A stretch of DNA of 64,000 bases from Camelus ferus (Eukaryota): the NCBI RefSeq assembly GCF_009834535.1, contig NC_045697.1, positions 64,234,001 to 64,298,000 on the forward strand. The letters are read 5' to 3'. The notes below the pieces were generated by a model. That model was not told the origin of the DNA, made no database searches, and saw only the letters and a list, made by a program, of their open reading frames with translations. Below, one piece after another: positions 12,496-23,660 of this stretch (position 1 is the first letter of the stretch; each line of letters opens with the position of its first letter). The translations under genes were made by a program, and so were the position numbers.

Positions 12496-13734
12496 CTAAA
12501 TAAGAAAATATGATTCAAATCATTGTAATCAGAAAGCTTTACCAGTTCCTTCATGCTATCAATATTTCTATGTATTGCACATATTGAATTAAATCACATC
12601 AATGCATACATTTGGAATAAAGGGAATATGTAGTTGCAAATAGCCTTTACAATTCTTACGTTAGTCTTTACCAACGTGACGTAGAATGTTAAATATAAGC
12701 TCCTACTCTGATGACATTAGAACAATCTGATTTTTCCTCCTTTGTGAAATGAGAGGCTTTGAGGTAAGTAATTCAGCTAACATGGTAAGACTTCGTAAGA
12801 TTTAACGAATTCAAAGCATTTCAGAGTTTAATTCAAATTTTGGAATAAAGCAAAATTAACCATGTGAAAATTTTTATTGTATCACTTAATATTATCCATT
12901 TTGTCATGTCAAAGTTAGATTAGTAACTTGTTATCAAACTTCACCAAAAAAGTAAACCTCTATGACTAATTTGTTCTTAACATTTCACCTGTTCTACAGA
13001 TCTTCTCTGCCATTTAAAGGTGCTTCCTTACTAGAAGAATTGGTGCTGCTATGGCACTATCAGAGTTTAAAAATAGTATAAGCAATTCCTTCATTAGCAT
13101 TCTCTTCACTTTAAAACAAGTTCATTATCTGGAAATATCATGTTCATTTTGAAGCCCTTGATTTTCTCTATTCATTCAACAAGCTCAGTTGATACACTAT
13201 ACTTCTTTGCTCCAAATCAATTCTTCTGCTTGTAATTTGCCATTCCACTCGTTCAATTCAAGCTGTGATTTTTTAAAAAAAATAGGCTTTACTTTTTAAG
13301 TTTATATTATTTCCTGTTTGTGCCGTTTGCATTGATTCTAAATCTCAAAGTCCGCTTTTTGCCAATCTTTCTTAGTTGATGTCTTCATGGTAATTGCCTG
13401 GATTTTCATACTCTGATTGGCATAGAAAAATTTCTTTACTACTTCTAGTAAAATAACTAAATGAAGAAGTTTTGTCTCTTCAAAAATTAAAGGAAATAAC
13501 TCTAAATAAAAGTTTAATACTAGTAAAGTGTACACTGAAAAGGATAATAGGTATATGGCATTAAGAATAATTTCATGATGGCAATGAAATTAGAATAATC
13601 AGAATATTAGGCTGTTAATATTATGCTGTTTAAATAAAACTTTTATATGTAACTGTTATTCTTGTTTAATTTTTTAACATATTTTCTAGTGTGAGAGTAA
13701 TAGAAAAATGTTTGGGGTTTTAGTATCAGCTTTA

Positions 13735-14112
13735 TTTTTGTTTCCTAGGACTGCCATAGCAAATAATCACTAACTGGCTGGCATGTGAGATCAAAGTGTT
13801 GCAGGACTGCTTCCTGCTGGAGGTCCTGAGGGAGAATCTCTTCCACACCTGTCTTCCAGTTTCTGCAGGTTTCTGGGACACCGTCATCATCACAAGTGTT
13901 CTCCCTGGGTGTGTTCTGTGTCTTCACATGGTCTGTTTAATAAGGACACTGGTCCTCATTAAAATTCAATTGATTTAGGGCCCACCCTGATGCAGTGTGA
14001 CCTCATCTTAACTAATTACATCTTCACCAACTCTATTTCCAAATAAGATCATATTCTGAAGTTGCCACAAACATGAATTTTTTTGAGGGGGTGCATTATT
14101 CAACCCAGTACA
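13735..14112 (-). mobile_element. MaLR solo LTR (MLT1B-like)
   Basis: Ends 'ttattcaacccagtaca' (reverse complement TGTACTGGGTTGAATA). Also contains 'tttagggcccaccctgatgcagtgtgacctcatcttaactaattacatc' and 'tttcctaggactgccatagcaaataatcac'. Confidence 0.85.
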
Positions 14113-14614
14113 CAGTTGGTATATAAAAGAAGTTATAAGAATCAAGTATGAAGGAGTTGAGTCTTAAAATTAGTTTCCTATGACATCAATAATATAATGC
14201 AATAATAAAGCATTTCTTCCTGAAAACATTAAATGTATTTATAAGCCAATTTGCATCATTTCACTGATGAGGGATACAGTCTCTGATTTACAGGCTCACA
14301 GGTTTTGAAAATAACATTCTAAATATGTATATTCTCTGTCTTTCTAAAAATTCTATTATATTTCTAGGGTATAAAAATATATATGAATTTCCAGAATTTG
14401 GCATTTCCTGCAGCAATCATTGAGAGATAGTGTATTATATATTGTGACAAAACTTTTTATACTTGGTATATTATTGAAGAAATTCCTACCTCATTCACAG
14501 TCTCATATAAACAAGTAGCACTATCTAGTTGTTAATAATTTACCCTCAGTGATATTGAGAATGGGATCAGTTACTAAAATCTGAGCTCCAGGATTTAATA
14601 AAACAGAGCAGGAA

Positions 14615-14700
14615 TGGCTTGTTTACTCCTGGATCCCTGGTATTTAGAGTACCTCTAGCCCATAATGAGCTCAGTAAATATTATAATAAAGAATGAATAT
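14615..14700 (+). mobile_element. L2 3' terminus
   Basis: 'tgtttactcctggatccctgg...gagctcagtaaatattataataaagaatgaat'. Confidence 0.55.
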
Positions 14701-15984
14701 ATTAGTAAGACAGGCCCTTAATTGATGGAGATTAAGTCTAATATTTAGCATTTTATTCATCACTTATTAAGGAAATTCTTAAACATCCTAATTTTCAAAT
14801 GTAGTTGTCTACTAATACCTCATTTTTCTTTTGATGCCAAAATCTTTTTTTAAGGATAAAAGTATAATTTTAATGGCTCCATCTAAATTAATTGGTGCTA
14901 TTTTCTTTTTCACCAAGTGAAATATTTTGCCTGGTTTGAGTAACTATTGTTTTCTTTTTGAAACAGGTGCCATCCATTTTCACATTGTGATCAACTCATT
15001 AAAACACTTTCTAGCTTTCATTAAACTCCATAGCACTTATTAGAGGGAAAAATCTAGAAATGTTTCTAAAAATTTTTAAGTAGTCAAATGCCTTTATCTT
15101 TTATTATCAAGCACATAAATATTCAACAAGCAATTCCAAAAGAGGAGAATTAACAGATATCTAATACTAGATTGTTCCTGAATTCTTGTTAGGGAGACTC
15201 TTGGAATTTTAACAACTTACTCTAATTTCATTGTGATACTCCTTATATGATAAAATTTATCTTTATAAAAATACTTAGGTGGGAAAAGTATAAAATTTTA
15301 TTTTATTACTGATAAGCATTATTGAAAGTATTCATTGTAATTGGCCAGGGATTGATATCTCCAAAGACTTTTTGTCAATCTACCATAAACATAATTACAT
15401 TAATTGAACATTGTTATGTGTTTGGTAGAGCATTTGGCCATGAGATGATTCTTAACAATTTATTTATAACTGAATTTTTTCCTAAATTAAATTCTCATTA
15501 CGGAAGTGATATTTTCCTTAAGTTAGATATGGTGTTAATTAACTGAGCACTGAAAGAAGAAAACAAATGTTGATTTTTTTCTTGGGATATTTATTTTAAT
15601 GGAAATAACATTTTCTAAATCGTAGAAAAATGAATCTGATGCATATATATATCTTTTATAAATCTATATATTTGAATGTAAACAATAAGATAATCTCAAT
15701 TAGTAAAGTACTAAATACATAGGTTTCTGGAAATATTAAATATTTAATATACTAAACATATAGATTTAAAAATCACAAAGTGAATGACAGAATCAAATGA
15801 TCTTAATTTAAATGTCATTTATTTAACCATTGGTTTAAACTATAATTAATAGCATTCTTATGTGTAATTTACCAGTGTTTTGAGAAAATGTGATCAACAA
15901 CTAGATATTACTTTCATCAAAACGTTTTAGCTTTTGTTTTGTAGTAAAAGAAAATAAATTATTAATAGATTCTGAGGTGAACTG

Positions 15985-16450
15985 TGTATCAGGAAAGCCA
16001 TTTCTAATGGCTTAAACAACAGTAATGATTTTTATCTCAAGTAGCTGGAAATCTAGGCAATAAATCAGTGATGTCATCAAAGACCTCTGTTTCTTTCACC
16101 TCTCTGCTGTTCTATTTTCCCTGTTATCCTAAGACTAAACCTTATGATAGTAAGATGACTACGTGTGAAAGTGTTTTTGTTTTGTTTTGTTTTTCTGTGT
16201 ACATGTGATGGGAATGAAGGAGAGAAAAAAGAGAAATTAACAAAATGAACTGTAAATGCTTCCCTTCAAACTTGTTGGCCAAATTCAGTCACATTACCAT
16301 TTCTGGAGTAATACCAGTTGCCAGGAGAAGGATGTGAACTGACTGGCTTGAATTTATCAAGATACTTTCCTACTTGACCTTGCAGAGCTGGAGATAGAAC
16401 GGAAACTTCTGAAAAATCAGTTTTGTCTAGAAGGAATAAGTTAATATGGA
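15985..16450 (-). mobile_element. Old MaLR LTR (MLT1J/K/L-like)
   Basis: 'aatggcttaaacaac...cagtgatgtcatcaaagacctctgtttctttcacctctctgct' and 'ttggccaaattcagtcacat'. Confidence 0.6.
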
Positions 16451-17092
16451 ATAAGTTATACATATTATATATAACATATAAGTACAGAATAAGTTATATG
16501 TATATGTATACACACATAGAGAGAGAGATAAGGCAGCCAACATTATCTGAATTATGTACTATTGATACTTTTCAGTTTCACTTATGTCTACCCTATTTAT
16601 TTATATCATCAGTAGTTAGCAACAAACTTGCATATTAGACTGTGTTTTATACAAATGTGCCATAAAATGATCAAAAATACTTGGCAGTTATCTTTTTTTT
16701 TTTAATTTTTTAACCAAACTCTGTATTTTCCAATGTTTCCAAGACTGTGCCTTTAGGTTTTTTAGTTAACTTATTCATGTTCACTCTTGGAGTCTTCTAT
16801 AATCATCATATTTTAAGATCATTACCATTTGTCTCTGATTTTTTTCCATTTCAAAGGTGTGGGATTCTGGTTTTCACCTTTTGATAGCTACTTCATTCAT
16901 TCTCTTATTCCTAGTTGCACTATGCCTTTAAGTCCTGATAACATTAAACTGAATGTTAAAGATGGAGATTATAAAAGGATCATAATTTTAATTGTGTGCC
17001 CCAGACAAAATTGGAAAAACCATTTTAAAATAAGGATTACATCTATACATTAATTCTATTCTGTCAGAATCTAAAATATTAAGGTTTACCTC

Positions 17093-17175
17093 TTTTTTAT
17101 TTATTTTTATTGAAGTACAATCAGTTTAAAATGCATCAGTTTCTGGTGCACAGCACAATACCTGAGTCATATAGA

Positions 17176-17211
<36 letters not shown>

Positions 17212-17461
17212 TTAATATTCTTTTTAACCATAAGTTACCACAAGATGTTGAATATAATTCCCTGTGCTATACAGTATAAACTTGTTGTTTATCTATTTTA
17301 TGTATATTAGTTAGTATCTGAAAATCTCAAACTCCCAATTTATCCCTTCCCACCTCCTCCCCACCAGTAACCATAAGCTTGTTTTCTATGTGAGTCTCTT
17401 TCTGTTTTGTAAATAAGTCCATTTGTCATGAACTTATATGGTATTTTTCCTTCTCTTTCTG
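17093..17461 (-). mobile_element. Young L1 3'UTR (antisense copy) with internal (TA)n
   Basis: T-rich tail followed by 'attgaagtacaatcagtttaaaatgcatcagtttctggtgcacagc'. Reverse-complement homolog of 17914-18285. Confidence 0.92.
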
Positions 17462-18298
17462 CAAACTACAATGAGGTATCACCTCACACAAGTCAGAATG
17501 GCCATCATTCAAAAGTCCATGAATGATAAATGCTGGAGAGGCTGTGGAGAAAGGGGAGCCTTCCTACACCATTGGTGGGAATGTGGTTTGGTACAGCCAT
17601 TATGGAAAATGGTATGAAGAGTCCTCAAAAAACTAAAAATAGACTTCCCATATAATCCAACAATCCCGCTCCTAGGCATATATCCAGAGGGAACCTGAAT
17701 TCAAAAAGACACGTGCACCCCAATTTTCATAGCAGCAGTATTTGCAATAGCCAAGACACGGAAACAACCTAAATGTCCATTGACAGATGACTGGATAAAG
17801 AAGCTGTGGTATATTTATACAATGGAATACTACTTAGACATAAAAAGAATAAAGTAATGCCATTTGCAGCACCATGGATGGACCTGGAGAATATCATTCT
17901 AAGTGAAGTAAGCCAGAAACAGAAAGAAAATATCATACAATATCACTTATAAGTGAAATCTAAAAACAAACAAACAAACAAACAAACTTATTTACAAAAC
18001 AGACTCACAGACATAGAAAACAAGCTTATGGTTACCATGGGGGGAAGAGGATGGGAAGGGATAAATTGAGAGTTCAAGATCTGCAGATACTAACTAAAAT
18101 ACATAAAATAGATAAACAACAAGTTTATACCCTATGGCACAGGGAACTATATTCTATATCTTGTAGTAACATATGGTTAAAAAGAATATTAAAACAAATA
18201 TATGTATGTTCCTATATGATTGAAGTATTCTGCTGTACACCAGAAACTGACACATTTTAAACTGACTATACTTTAATAAAAATACGTTTTAAAAAAAG
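17462..18298 (+). mobile_element. Young L1, ORF2 C-terminus plus 3'UTR
   Basis: Starts 'aaactacaatgaggtatcacctcacacaagtcagaatggccatcatt' (TTMRYHLT..RMAII) and ends 'actgactatactttaataaaaa'. Confidence 0.93.
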
Positions 18299-19035
18299 AA
18301 AGAAGATCTGTGGATTGCAAACAAGCATATAAAATATGTTCAGTACCACTAGCCATTAGGAAAATGCCATTTAAAACCACAGTGAAAGACTATTATCACC
18401 TAGTGGAATTACTCCATAGGAAGACTAGCCCACTGCTAGATGAATGTAAAATGATGCAGGATTTTGCAAATAGCTTGGGAGTTTCTTAAAACTTTAAATA
18501 GTGTCAGTCATTCTACTCCAAGGTACTGACAAAAATAAGTGAAACCATGTGTCCACAGAAAGACTTTTACATGCATATTTATAACAGCTTTATTTTTAAT
18601 AGCTCCAAACTACTAACAACAGCCAAAGTTTCCGTGAACATTTTGATATATCCATACAATGGAATAGTACTCAGCAATTAAAAGTAATGGACTATTGATA
18701 CATTCAACAGTATAAATGAATCTCAAAATACTTATGCTGAGTGAAAATAGCCAGACAAGAAAGAATATGTACTTTATAATTCCTTTATATAGAATTTTGT
18801 ATATTCAAACTAAACAGGAATGAAAGAAAGAAGGACAATGCTTACCTGGCGATGGGTATGAGGTAGGGAAAGATGAAAAGAAGAAATTACAAAAGAGCCC
18901 TTGTCAATGTGATAGTCACGTTTATTATCTTAATTGTAGTGATGATTCAAGTATACACATTTATCACAACCAATAAAATTGTATAACTTAAATATTTATA
19001 GTAATCTTTATAGCAATTATACCTCAAATTTGCTC
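18299..19035 (+). mobile_element. Older L1 3' region (L1MC/L1ME-like)
   Basis: 'atccatacaatggaatagtactcagcaattaaaagtaatggactattgatacattcaacagtataaatgaatctcaaaa'. Confidence 0.8.
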
Positions 19036-19434
19036 TAAGTTTACAAAATATAATCCCTGAATGAAATGTTTCTTATATTACTTGTATATGCATAAGTTTT
19101 TAAGTATAGGTTTTATATTTAATTATTATATGATAAAGGAATTAATCTGTACAAATAAAGCATAAATTATTAATTACCTCTGTTGAGTAGCAAAATGTAA
19201 CAGTAGGAAGAAATTAAGTAGTATTGATTGACAGAATTTAAAGCATTTAAGAAACATGCTATTTTCATAGAAACGTGTATTAATATATACTACCATATGC
19301 TGGTACAGGAGTGAGGCATTATTGTATTTTAAGCACGTGTATTATTTGAGGTCACGAACTGAGGTCATCAGGGTACTTTATTAGAAACCAATATGCCACG
19401 CACCTGTATGATGTTATAAGTATATATTAAATAA

Positions 19435-19500
19435 GCCTAGGAAAGTCCCTGGCACATTGTAGATATTGTAGATACTCAGTAAATATTTGTTGAATAAGTA
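19435..19500 (+). mobile_element. L2 3' terminus
   Basis: 'cctggcacattgtagata...ctcagtaaatatttgttgaataa'. Confidence 0.6.
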
Positions 19501-20503
19501 CTGCTTGAAGTCTTTAAAAATCACTTTAAAACATAATCACTTCTTAAGATATGACACTTTAACCCCAGTTAGAATTAACATTTTTACCTAGGCTAACTAC
19601 TTAAAATTTGCATCTTAGTTTGCCTATAATAGATTATTTCTTTCTTGCCTAAAAATACATGATTTCTAGTTCTCCGATCCAGAGCTTGTCTTTTTAATTT
19701 TCCCTTGAGTCTTGATAGTGTTTAGTGATGGTATCTTGTCTACCTCCCTGGGCACCCTATTAGATTGCCTCATTGACCTCATGACTAAGAATTTCTTCAT
19801 CTTATCTAGCTTAAGCATTCTCTATTCTTGTTTCGGGCCATTACTTCTTGTCTTACCATCTTTAACTATCTTGAGTAATTCATCCCCTCAGGAATTTTAG
19901 CTACCCATAAATATAAAATGAAAAAGGCATATCTCATTGCCTGACAGTTTATGAAAATTGAGACAACTCTATTCCAAAGATAGCTGTACTCTCGGGCATG
20001 CAGAGAGCACTGGTGAAGGAAACAAATCCTTGGTTGGCTGACCTGAGGCAAGGTCACTACATTTTGTGTGCATAGATTCCTTAAACTATTGTTCATTTAC
20101 CGAACAGATAGTGTTTTAATTTGTGATACTGGCTTTTTATTTTAGCAATTTTCCCTTTAAACCATGTCCATTTACTGCTGCTTCTATATAAATGATAATA
20201 AGAAGAGAAGGAGGAGAGAATGAAGGATGTAAACAATTTTTCTTATAAATTACTGTAACATTATCATTTTGTGGCCACTTCTCTCTTGACTCCGTTTTCT
20301 ATTTTTCATTGGCTTCATTTTGTTGTTTTGTTGTTTTGATTTTGTAGATCTTAGTAAATTCCAGAGTCCATACTATTTGAAATAAATGATCCCTTGGAAA
20401 AATATTCAGAGGTCTTGTGATTCTCTCAAGAGTTTTATTTGCCTCAAAACACTTCTGAGATGTTTCCAAACATAAAAGCTTAAAAACATTTTATATGCAT
20501 TGG

Positions 20504-20504
<1 letters not shown>

Positions 20505-20560
<56 letters not shown>
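20505..20560 (+). repeat. Perfect (AGAT)14 microsatellite
   Basis: Directly visible. Confidence 0.97.
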
Positions 20561-20689
20561 TTATTTGCTTCTAGATACATAATATCTGTCCTTGGAAAAG
20601 TAGACTTCAAACTATTTTAACCTTCTTGTTCATCAAATTTCACTTCAAGGTCCCCTCCATGTAGTACAAATCAATCCATAACCACTGGA

Positions 20690-21125
20690 ACGTGGGCAGA
20701 GGTGATAGGCACCATGTCACTACCTGGCCCACTAAAACCTTCCCAGGCTGTTGGTGTTTCCTACATTGCCCTTCTTTCCTGGTGAACTTGAAAATATCCT
20801 TTTGAAGAAGATGGAGTCATGACAGAGAAGGAACCTGCATCACTGAATTACTGCTTGCTGGAAAACTGTCTGCCCATTAGATTATACAAGTGGGTCTGAT
20901 GTAATCACAAGGGTCCTTATAAGAGGGAGGCATGAGTGTCATAATCAGAAAAAGGTGTGACAATGGAAGCAAAGGTTGGAGAGATGCTGGACCACAAATC
21001 AAGAAATGTGGCCGGATTCTAGAAGCTGGAAATGGTATGTAAATGTCACCTACCAACACCTTTTGTGTGAAGCCATTGAGACTTTGGAGTATGTTACAGC
21101 AGCTAACATGACTTTAGCTAATTTA
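20690..21125 (+). mobile_element. MaLR LTR (MLT1J-like) containing an internal MLT1D-like segment (about 20876-21035)
   Basis: 'aagatggagtcatgacagagaaggaacctgcatcactgaattactgcttg' and 'gtgtgaagccattgagactttggagtatgttacagcagcta' flank 'gtaatcacaagggtccttataagagggaggca'. Confidence 0.7.
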
Positions 21126-21146
21126 TGTTACAAACTCCAGTGCCCT

Positions 21147-21315
21147 TGTGGTAGGCAGCATGATGCCCCCACCCGCCCACAACTGTTCATGTTCTCATCC
21201 CCGAAACCTCTGAATATGTAATCTTACAGAGCCAAAGAGATTCTGATCAGCAGATGCTGATAAATTAAACATTTTAAAATCCACTTTCAAATTATCCAGG
21301 CCAGGACCTAAAACT
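21147..21315 (+). mobile_element. MLT1D-like LTR 5' portion
   Basis: Starts 'tgtggtaggcagcatgatgccccc...catccccgaaacctctgaatatgtaatcttaca'. Confidence 0.75.
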
Positions 21316-21407
21316 CTATAAATACATTTCTTTAATTTCTCCTTTTTGATACTATATTAAGATCATCAAATCAATATCTGCCTTTAATGCAGTTAAGTCT
21401 AGTAAAC

Positions 21408-22395
21408 TTAGATTCCACATATAAGTTATATTATGTAATATTTGTCTTTCTCTGTCTGACTTACTTCACTCAGTGTGATAATCTCTAAATCCATCTATGT
21501 TGTGGCACATAGCAATATTTCATTCCTTTTTTATGGCTGAGTAATATAGTCCATTGTGTATATATACCACATCTTCTTTAGCCATTTGTCTGTTGATACA
21601 TAGGTTGCTTCCATGTTTTGGCTATTGTAGAGTGCTGCTATGAACATTGGGGTGCATGTGTCTTTTCAAATTAGACTTTTCCTCTTTTCTGGATATAGGC
21701 CCAGGAGTGGGACTGCTGAATCATATGGTAACTCTATTTTCAGTTGTTTAAGAAAACTCCGTACTATTTTCTGTGGTTGCATCAATTTACAATCCCATGA
21801 ACAGTGTAGGAGGGTTCTCTTTTTCTCCACATTCTCTCTAGCACTTATTATTTGTAGACTTTTTGATAATGGCCATTCTGACCTGTGTGAGGTGATACCT
21901 CAGTATAGTTTTAATTTCTCTGATAATTAGTAATGTTGAGCATCTCTGCATGTGCCTGCTGGCTATCTGTATGTCATCTTCAGAGAAATATCTATTTAGG
22001 TCTTCTGCCCATTTTATGATTGCACTGTTCTCTCTCTTTTTTTTTTTTTTTTTTTGATATTGAGTTATATGAGCTGTTTGCATATTTTGGAAATTAAATT
22101 CATGTTGGTTGCATCATTTACAAATAATCTCTCCCATACCATAGGTTGCCTTTTGGTTTTGTTTATGTTTTCCTTTACTGTGCAAAGCTTTTAAGTTTGA
22201 CTAGGTCCCATTTGTTTAGTTTTGCTTTTATTTCTTTTGCCTTAGGAGACTGAACTAAGAAAACATTGCTATGATTTATATCAGAGAATGTTTTGCCTGT
22301 GTTCTCTTCTAGGAGTTTTAGGGTGTCATGTCTTACATTTGGGTCTTTAAACAATTTTGAGTTTATTTTTGTATTTGGTGTGAGGGAGTATTCTA
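21408..22395 (-). mobile_element. L1 ORF2 C-terminal region, lacking most of the 3'UTR and the tail
   Basis: ORF 22175-22444 (LTPNTKINSK..KLLEENTGK..KWDLVKLKSF) and ORF 21838-22083 ([26 protein letters not shown]) are L1 ORF2p. Confidence 0.92.
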
Positions 22396-22399
22396 GTTC

Positions 22400-23660
22400 T
22401 TGGCAAACCCAGTGTACATCTGCAGTGCCCAAGTATAATGCCAACCAGTGGCTTTGCTCATCTACAGAACCAAGTCAGGGACACACTCTAACCCAGGAAC
22501 TCAGCAGGGTACAGACCTGCCTGAACTGAGTCCTCAAATGTGGAGTTCTGCCAGTCCTAGAACCAAGTTTGCCCACACCCAGACAAGGAGCTGAATCAGA
22601 GCCCTACCTGCTTGGGAGATTATCTTCCCATCCATCTGACCAGAAAGGCAGGCTACAACTCCTGGAATCAGTGTAGCCCAGTGGTACTTGAGCCAAAAGG
22701 CAAGTGGACAGAGTTGATTGCCCCTAGATCAAAACCAACACTGAGCATGGAGTTCCCATGCTATGCATGGGCAGGGGGTTAATTCATAGCCAAGGCTGAT
22801 GGTAGATCCTTTGTGGGAAATTGAGAATAGTCTGGAGCAGCCGTTCCGTGTCTCACTTAGACAAACAGCTGAATCACAGCCCACACTGTGGAAAGTATTT
22901 TCTGGCCTCATCTGACCATAAGGGCTGGCATCAACTCCTAGAAGCTGTGCAGACTAGCTGTACTCTAGCTGAGAGGGAGGTGGGCAGAGTAACAGTTTTC
23001 AGAACAAAGTCAGTGGTCCTGTTCAGTCAGGAACATGGGGCATTTTCAGCTTGAGTTAAGACAACAAACAAAAAGCTTTACCAGCTTTAGAACTGCTTCT
23101 TGCACTGTGCCTGGGCATAGAATCTAGTTTATAGCCCTACTCACCACCGAATATAGCCTTCAGCCTCTTACCAGAGAACTTAACCAGAACACACATGTAG
23201 CCCATGCAACAGCCCTACATACAGTGGCACTTGAATAGAAAGCACAGCTCATGACTTCCCCCACCTACAGAGCAAAACCAGTGACCTCACCTGACAGAGA
23301 AATTCAGTGCACACTAAGGCCTGATTTGGGTCCCCAAACAACAAGCTGTACAGGCCCTGGGTCCCATCCTGCTGCTGTGCCTGGGCAGAGAAGCTAATTC
23401 ATAGACGCATCTACTACTAAATATCGTACTCACTCCCAACCATCTAGTAAGCATGACCAGAGGACCCAGGCAACAGTGGAGCCCGTCCTACAGCCACACC
23501 TGGGTAGGAAACCAAGTCAGCAGTTCTATCCAACTCAGCCAGTGACATACCCCCATTTTTCACCCCCAGAGTTCAAAATCTGCCTCAGCCAAAAATAGAT
23601 ATAAATAGCAGAACCCACCTGCCCAAAGACATTACCAGCAGACACACACAGAAACCCCAA
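22400..23660 (+). mobile_element. Probable old L1 5'UTR (L1M2-type) with degenerate internal repeats
   Basis: Higher GC content and a recurring motif 'tgtgcctgggcagagaagctaattcatag' (about 22760, 23105, 23375). Directly abuts ORF2 sequence. Confidence 0.6.

Noticed and set aside
13150..13535. Minus-strand coding exons after acceptor-like AGs (e.g. LELNEWNGKLQAEELIWSKEV)
   Set aside because: All frames stop quickly, there are no matching donors, and no protein is recognisable. It may be decayed L1 ORF1.
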